From a virus (Duplodnaviria > Heunggongvirae > Uroviricota > Caudoviricetes): 10,216 nt of DNA. Numbering within the stretch: position 1 is the first letter of the stretch; every line of letters begins with the position of its first letter. Under the pieces are notes generated by a model. It did not search any database, was not told where the DNA came from, and saw only the letters and a list, made by a program, of their open reading frames with translations. Of the stretch, positions 6,570-10,216 are shown one piece after another. Location of the stretch: positions 1 through 10,216 of the IMG/VR virus record IMGVR_UViG_2869924733_000001, one strand, 5' to 3'. The position numbers and the translations under genes were made by a program.

Positions 6570-6969
6570 TCAGAATGGCTTTGGCCTCATTCAGTGCCAT
6601 ATCAGCGGTAAGCTGTGCGTAGGCCAGCGAATGCGGGATTATTGCCCCTGTATATTCCGGCTCTCTGGTAATGTGTTTTTCTGCGGTTGCTGCCGTGTGT
6701 GAAATATCAATCAGCGCGCGCATCAGTGTTTTGATGGCTTCGGCGGCTGCGTCCGGACGGGTGTTATTGCACATGGTGCACCCCTGACGAATACGGGCGG
6801 CGAATACCATCACACAGCCATCAGGAGATTGCTGGCGTGCTTCCTGTTCGCTGGTGGCCTCAATGGTAATCACGCGCGGTTGTGCTGTGCTCAGGGCGAT
6901 AAAACGCCAGATGTATTTATTCAGGTTGTGCGAGTCCCGCCCTTGCGGGTGTGTGGTATGATTTCTCAT
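6535..6969 (-). CDS. Icd-like protein (P4-type host cell division inhibitor family, tentative), first gene of the leftward operon
   Basis: ATG at 6969 with GAGG 5 nt upstream; N-terminus MRNHTTHPQGRDSHNLNKYIWRF...FAARIRQG resembles Icd-like proteins of P4-type prophages (from memory); it is the 3' part of the spurious 476-aa track ORF. Confidence 0.45.
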   Translation of the reverse strand: MRNHTTHPQGRDSHNLNKYIWRFIALSTAQPRVITIEATSEQEARQQSPDGCVMVFAARIRQGCTMCNNTRPDAAAEAIKTLMRALIDISHTAATAEKHITREPEYTGAIIPHSLAYAQLTADMALNEAKAILIADCENGGGYA

Positions 6970-7064
6970 AGCTACCTCGATACTCTCGTTATCGTTGGTG
7001 GTTAGAAGCCCGTTGGTGTTGGTAGCACCTGCGGGCTTTGTCTTTTCATCGATTACCTCAATAA

Positions 7065-7148
7065 AGGTGTCAGCCACTATACTAGTAACAGGTGTCAGCC
7101 ACGTCAATAGTGTTTTTCCATTTTCTTGTGTGTATACTGTCAGCCACC
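7065..7148. promoter_or_regulatory. Divergent promoter/operator region with three copies of (A)GGTGTCAGCCAC
   Basis: Repeats at 7065-7077, 7090-7102 and 7137-7148; leftward promoter -35 TTGACG (7102-7107) / -10 TAGTAT (7079-7084), 17-bp spacer, with repeats in the spacer and at +1; rightward -10 TATACT (7133-7138) abutting repeat 3. Confidence 0.55.
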
Positions 7149-7168
7149 TAATAACAAGGAAATCAGAT

Positions 7169-7348
7169 ATGGCAACGAAAGCAGTTAATGGAAAATCCAA
7201 AAAACTTGAGGCACGAGTCCCCCATGCAATAGCTGACGCTGTAGAAAATTTAAAGGAAGAAGGTGAAAGCACTGGGCAATTTATCGTTTCGGCACTTGAA
7301 GGCGAGATCAAACGCCGCCAGCGTCGCAAGGCCAAAGAGCAGGAGTAA
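7169..7348 (+). CDS. Ribbon-helix-helix (CopG/Arc-like) DNA-binding protein, candidate repressor of the switch
   Basis: 59 aa; AAGGAA RBS 7 nt upstream of ATG; beta-strand KKLEARVP then two helices (HAIADAVENLKEEG, STGQFIVSALEGEI), basic tail; only convincing plus-strand gene. Confidence 0.6.
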   Translation: MATKAVNGKSKKLEARVPHAIADAVENLKEEGESTGQFIVSALEGEIKRRQRRKAKEQE

Positions 7349-7405
7349 CCATCACCAGCGCCGTGGTGTGAGTAACTACGGCGCATTGCTATGCAGGACA
7401 ACACA

Positions 7406-7558
7406 ATGACCGATAAAGAATTGACCAAAACATTATCACCGGCACGGAAAAGACGGCGCAGAAAGATAGAACATGAATCAGAAAGATTCGCGCCATGTGC
7501 TTTTGCCCTCGAGCAATTCCTTAAAGAGTACAGGGAAAAGCGCTCATTGCAGGTATGA
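7406..7558 (+). CDS. Small basic ORF (50 aa), possibly co-transcribed with the RHH gene
   Basis: ATG 7406 with AGGA 7 nt upstream; protein MTDKELTKTLSPARKRRRRK...; below the track length cut-off; followed by a plus-strand terminator about 100 nt downstream. Confidence 0.3.
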   Translation: MTDKELTKTLSPARKRRRRKIEHESERFAPCAFALEQFLKEYREKRSLQV

Positions 7559-7658
7559 CAACGAACTGAACCAGACTGATTGCATTGCCCACCAGCCGCA
7601 AATGTGGCATTGTTGGCGATGCTCATGCGTTGGGGATAACGCGAAATTTGTGTCGCAG

Positions 7659-7686
7659 GGCCACCGTGACTGGTGGCCTTTTCTTT
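7659..7686 (+). terminator. Plus-strand intrinsic terminator (end of RHH / small ORF transcript)
   Basis: 7-bp GC-rich stem GGCCACC / GGTGGCC, 6-nt loop, followed by TTTTCTTT. Confidence 0.55.
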
Positions 7687-7739
7687 ACCTGTTATCCGGC
7701 AATAGTGGCGCTTCTTCACACAGTTGATATAATTCCCCT

Positions 7740-7810
7740 GCACTGATCCAATTTTTTCGCAGCAGGTTAATTGTTCGCAAGGGCGCTCCGGTAACGGGGC
7801 GCTTTTTGTT
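7740..7810 (+). ncRNA. Candidate small RNA (about 70 nt) between a consensus extended -10 promoter and an intrinsic terminator, convergent with alpA
   Basis: TGaTATAAT at 7725-7733 (-10 hexamer matches consensus 6/6); terminator stem GCGCTCCG / CGGGGCGC with GTAA loop (7783-7802) plus TTTTTGTT (7803-7810); no ORF in between. Confidence 0.35.
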
Positions 7811-7828
7811 ATGTGCATCGCTCCCCCC

Positions 7829-8041
7829 TTACGCCGTTTGCGTCCTGCGAGTGGATGCAAGATAAGCATCGAGATCAGAGCGCATATACAGCACTTTGCG
7901 CCCCAGCTTATGGAAAGGGATTTTTTCTTTACCAGTACACGCCCAGTTAGCAAGAGTCTGGACACTTACCCCCAAATGCTCGGCGGCTTCTTTGCGGGTC
8001 ATTTTTTCTTGAGAATTGATTACGTTCACAAGTAACTCCAC
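7829..8041 (-). CDS. alpA: AlpA / excisionase-family HTH DNA-binding protein
   Basis: MTRKEAAEHLGVSVQTLANW...KIPFHKLGRKVLYMRSDLDAYL matches the excisionase/AlpA HTH pattern; track start is GTG 8041 (AGGT RBS), alternative ATG at 8002. Confidence 0.75.
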   Translation of the reverse strand: MELLVNVINSQEKMTRKEAAEHLGVSVQTLANWACTGKEKIPFHKLGRKVLYMRSDLDAYLASTRRTQTA

Positions 8042-8112
8042 GTATTACCTATTGTTACCGTGAGCTACTTTAGTTTTTTGCTGTGGGGGCGGTAAGGTGA
8101 AAAGCTGATTTT

Positions 8113-8161
8113 CCCAGGGGAAAGCAGGTAAGCCAGGGGAATAGCTGCTTTTACCCTGGCT
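8113..8161. promoter_or_regulatory. Direct repeats CCAGGGGAA(A/T)AGC(A/T)G (8114-8128, 8133-8147) with two mutually exclusive hairpins, between the AT-rich gene and alpA
   Basis: Stem A AAAGCAG / CTGCTTT (about 8120-8149) and stem B AGCCAGGG / CCCTGGCT (8131-8161) overlap, so only one can form. Confidence 0.3.
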
Positions 8162-8174
8162 GATAAAAAATTTT

Positions 8175-8795
8175 TTATGCGTACTCTGGCGGGATCACCA
8201 GTTCTGAGTTTTTGTACTTTTTGTCAGGTGGTGGCGGCGGGGCTAGTTTTTCACTTTTTATCCAGCACTTGATTGTTTCCTCGCTTATCCGGCCCTCATA
8301 TCGACGCGACAGCTTCGCAATCATTTTTGTTTTGGATAGTGCTGGTTCTTTCTTCCATGTGGCTTTCATGATGGCGACTATCTCATCATGTAAATAGTGG
8401 CGGGGACCGGAGGCGGCTTCACTTCTTCTTCTTTTGATAACACCATCAGATATTAATCTAATAACTTTGCCACCACCTTTTGAGGCTATACAGGCTCTTT
8501 TGTATACCCATGAAAGATCCTCAGCAGTATTTTTATATCCAAGTAGCTCTAGTATTAAGATGGATTTCAGAAATACATTAGCACTATGACCTATGTTTAT
8601 CTCCCCTGTTTTGTCTAACGCTAAATATCCTTCCTTATCAATCCTTGCTGCTATTCTTTTCCTTTCTGCTTTTCTATAATATTTAAATTTATCTTTCAAT
8701 TCATACACATGCTCGCTCATTTCCTTTTCGACTTGCTCAAGATAATCATATAATTCAATTCTTGTATCATCATCCACTACATCCCAAACTTTCAT
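8175..8795 (-). CDS. Hypothetical protein (206 aa), AT-rich 5' half, translationally coupled to the integrase; candidate accessory/cargo gene
   Basis: ATG at 8795 overlaps the integrase TGA (ATGA); codons for about the first 110 aa lie in visibly AT-rich DNA (8460-8795) while the 3' half is of ordinary composition; proline run PPPPP near C-terminus; no family recognised. Confidence 0.6.
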   Translation of the reverse strand: MKVWDVVDDDTRIELYDYLEQVEKEMSEHVYELKDKFKYYRKAERKRIAARIDKEGYLALDKTGEINIGHSANVFLKSILILELLGYKNTAEDLSWVYKRACIASKGGGKVIRLISDGVIKRRRSEAASGPRHYLHDEIVAIMKATWKKEPALSKTKMIAKLSRRYEGRISEETIKCWIKSEKLAPPPPPDKKYKNSELVIPPEYA

Positions 8796-10216
8796 TTAGA
8801 CGATACCTCTAAATTTTTGTTTATGATTTTGAAAATTAATTGGCGTTTTTCATCATCACTCATGCTCTCCAGTGCAGAAAGCAATTGCGCATCAATAGAT
8901 TTTTTACTCTCCACCAGCCCGGCATGTTCCAGAATTGCCCGTTCTATCCGTGACGCTGGCTCCAGCAGTTCATCAGCACCAAAATGTAAATACCCCTGCG
9001 TTACGTCAGCACTTCTCATAGTGCGGTGATTCATCAGGCGCTTGAGGGTGTAATTACCCACGCCCACCAGTTCGGCAACCGTTCCGAACGTCCGGCGCGC
9101 ATCGTGCCATTTGAATGGTACAGGGGAGAGCATTTCATCGTTCGACTCTGGGACGGTAGCCGCGCTTATCCGGTCTATGATGTGCCGTGTTTCCTGAATC
9201 ACTCCCTTTGCTCCAGGAAACACCAGTACATCATCAGCGTTTTTTATTTTCAGCCTGCGGCGGAACATTTCCCGCAACGTATCGGTGATCGGTAGCTCGA
9301 GCGGATCCCCGTTTTTCGTGGTATCTATCCAGAAAAAACGACCGCCCATATTCACGCGATCCCACGTAAGGCCAAAAATTTCTGATTTTCTCAGTCCGGT
9401 AAAAAGTGCCATTTCCACGGCATCACATACCGTCACCGCTATATCATCCCTTTCCTGTTCGCCCTGGTCACGTACAGCAGCTACAGCAGCAAACCAGCGG
9501 GGAAAATCATGCAGGCGGATACGTTCCGTTTTTCTTACCGTTCCGTGCCACTGTCGTTTGGTACTCAGTACCAGCGTCGGCGGATCCGGTAAAAGAGTAT
9601 TACCCGCATCATCACGGTAATGATCATGCGCAAACCGACACACGGCACGCAGCGCACGCGCCCATAAATCGGCCTGTGCCTTGCTTCCTGTGCCAACCCC
9701 AGCCCGTAACGTGGTTTTATCAGCACCGAACCATACAGCCCCGTTTGTGACAGCCTTATGCCGCTGTTCCACCCGTTCGCGGGTAATACTGGCGAGGGTA
9801 TGGGCCATCCAGTCACCGGAATAATTCTGTAATATGCTGCGGTACTGTTTTTCTGTGGCGGGTTTCAGGCGGTGGCCACGATTTTTTATGTAGGCTTCAA
9901 GCGCCTCATTCAGCGTTATCATGGCCTTGTTGTTCGTGCGCTTCGCTATGTTCGGGTTTTTCCCCGTTGTGGCGACCTCTCCAAGGAGTTCCATAGCTTT
10001 AGCCCTGGCATTGTCCACACTCAGATCGGGAAAACGCCCCAGCGTTGCACGAATAAATTTTCCGTTACGCTTACGGGAAATGCAGAAACTTTTCACACCA
10101 GACGAACCCACACGGACACGCAGCCCGTTAACCTCCGTATCACCATATTCGACCTGTCCATGTTCCGGCGTTGGCAGTTCTGCAATTTTTACTTTAGAGA
10201 ATCTGAATAATTTCAC
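8792..10216 (-). CDS. int: Tyrosine recombinase / integrase (P4-type, N-terminal arm-binding domain); 5' end at window edge
   Basis: N-terminal arm-type domain (KIAELPTPEHG...GLRVRVGSSGVKSF...RATLGRFPDLSVDNARAKA); catalytic-domain motifs LRKSE, HDARRT, NHRT...GYLH; ORF starts with GTG at the last window base, so the true start may lie beyond. Confidence 0.9.
   Translation of the reverse strand: MKLFRFSKVKIAELPTPEHGQVEYGDTEVNGLRVRVGSSGVKSFCISRKRNGKFIRATLGRFPDLSVDNARAKAMELLGEVATTGKNPNIAKRTNNKAMITLNEALEAYIKNRGHRLKPATEKQYRSILQNYSGDWMAHTLASITRERVEQRHKAVTNGAVWFGADKTTLRAGVGTGSKAQADLWARALRAVCRFAHDHYRDDAGNTLLPDPPTLVLSTKRQWHGTVRKTERIRLHDFPRWFAAVAAVRDQGEQERDDIAVTVCDAVEMALFTGLRKSEIFGLTWDRVNMGGRFFWIDTTKNGDPLELPITDTLREMFRRRLKIKNADDVLVFPGAKGVIQETRHIIDRISAATVPESNDEMLSPVPFKWHDARRTFGTVAELVGVGNYTLKRLMNHRTMRSADVTQGYLHFGADELLEPASRIERAILEHAGLVESKKSIDAQLLSALESMSDDEKRQLIFKIINKNLEVSSK

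Larger units (their letters stand above)
1..10216 (-). mobile_element. Partial phage-satellite-like integrative element (PICI / P4-like architecture); both ends outside window
   Basis: Co-oriented minus-strand genes: integrase, AlpA-like regulator, primase/helicase, SSB, capsid and packaging genes; frequent 1-4 nt start/stop overlaps; no tail, lysis, portal or large terminase genes in 10.2 kb. Confidence 0.6.

Noticed and set aside
6535-7965. 476-aa minus-strand ORF, the longest in the track
   Set aside because: Cys-rich, low-complexity translation running antisense through the RHH gene, the divergent promoter and two plus-strand terminators. Only its last 144 codons (from ATG 6969 with an RBS) look like a gene; the rest is treated as a run-on open frame.
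8817-10210. Plus-strand ORFs 8817..9029, 9026..9295, 9285..9620, 9406..9750, 9872..10210 antisense to the integrase
   Set aside because: Shadow ORFs inside a well-supported integrase gene; no RBS signals and implausible composition.
1-10216. tRNA gene or att core repeats marking the integration site
   Set aside because: No tRNA-like sequence or long direct repeat recognisable at either window edge; the integrase start abuts the right edge, so att and any target tRNA are presumably outside the window.

Overview
The window is one gene-dense, almost entirely minus-strand mobile element with the architecture of a phage satellite (PICI / P4-like). From the right edge leftward it carries: a tyrosine integrase (8792-10216); an AT-rich unknown gene translationally coupled to it; an AlpA/excisionase-type HTH gene; a divergent promoter-operator switch with a small plus-strand ribbon-helix-helix regulator; a tightly coupled replication operon (Icd-like ORF, three small ORFs, a 471-aa RecA-fold primase/helicase-type replication protein, an iteron-rich putative origin, a small ORF and an SSB); and a compact morphogenesis/packaging module (lambda gpE-type major capsid protein, gpD-type decoration protein, a 141-aa internally repeated protein, and a Nu1-type winged-HTH small-terminase-like protein flanked by cos-like inverted repeats). 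No portal, prohead protease/scaffold, large terminase, tail or lysis genes are present in the window, and I see no tRNA, rRNA or CRISPR. Both element ends (att sites) lie outside the window. The most interesting hypothesis is a lambdoid-cos satellite that supplies its own capsid shell, decoration protein and packaging-specificity protein while borrowing the rest from a helper. All homology calls come from reading the translations and from remembered reference sequences, not from database searches. Motif coordinates were counted by hand and may be off by 1-2 bp.
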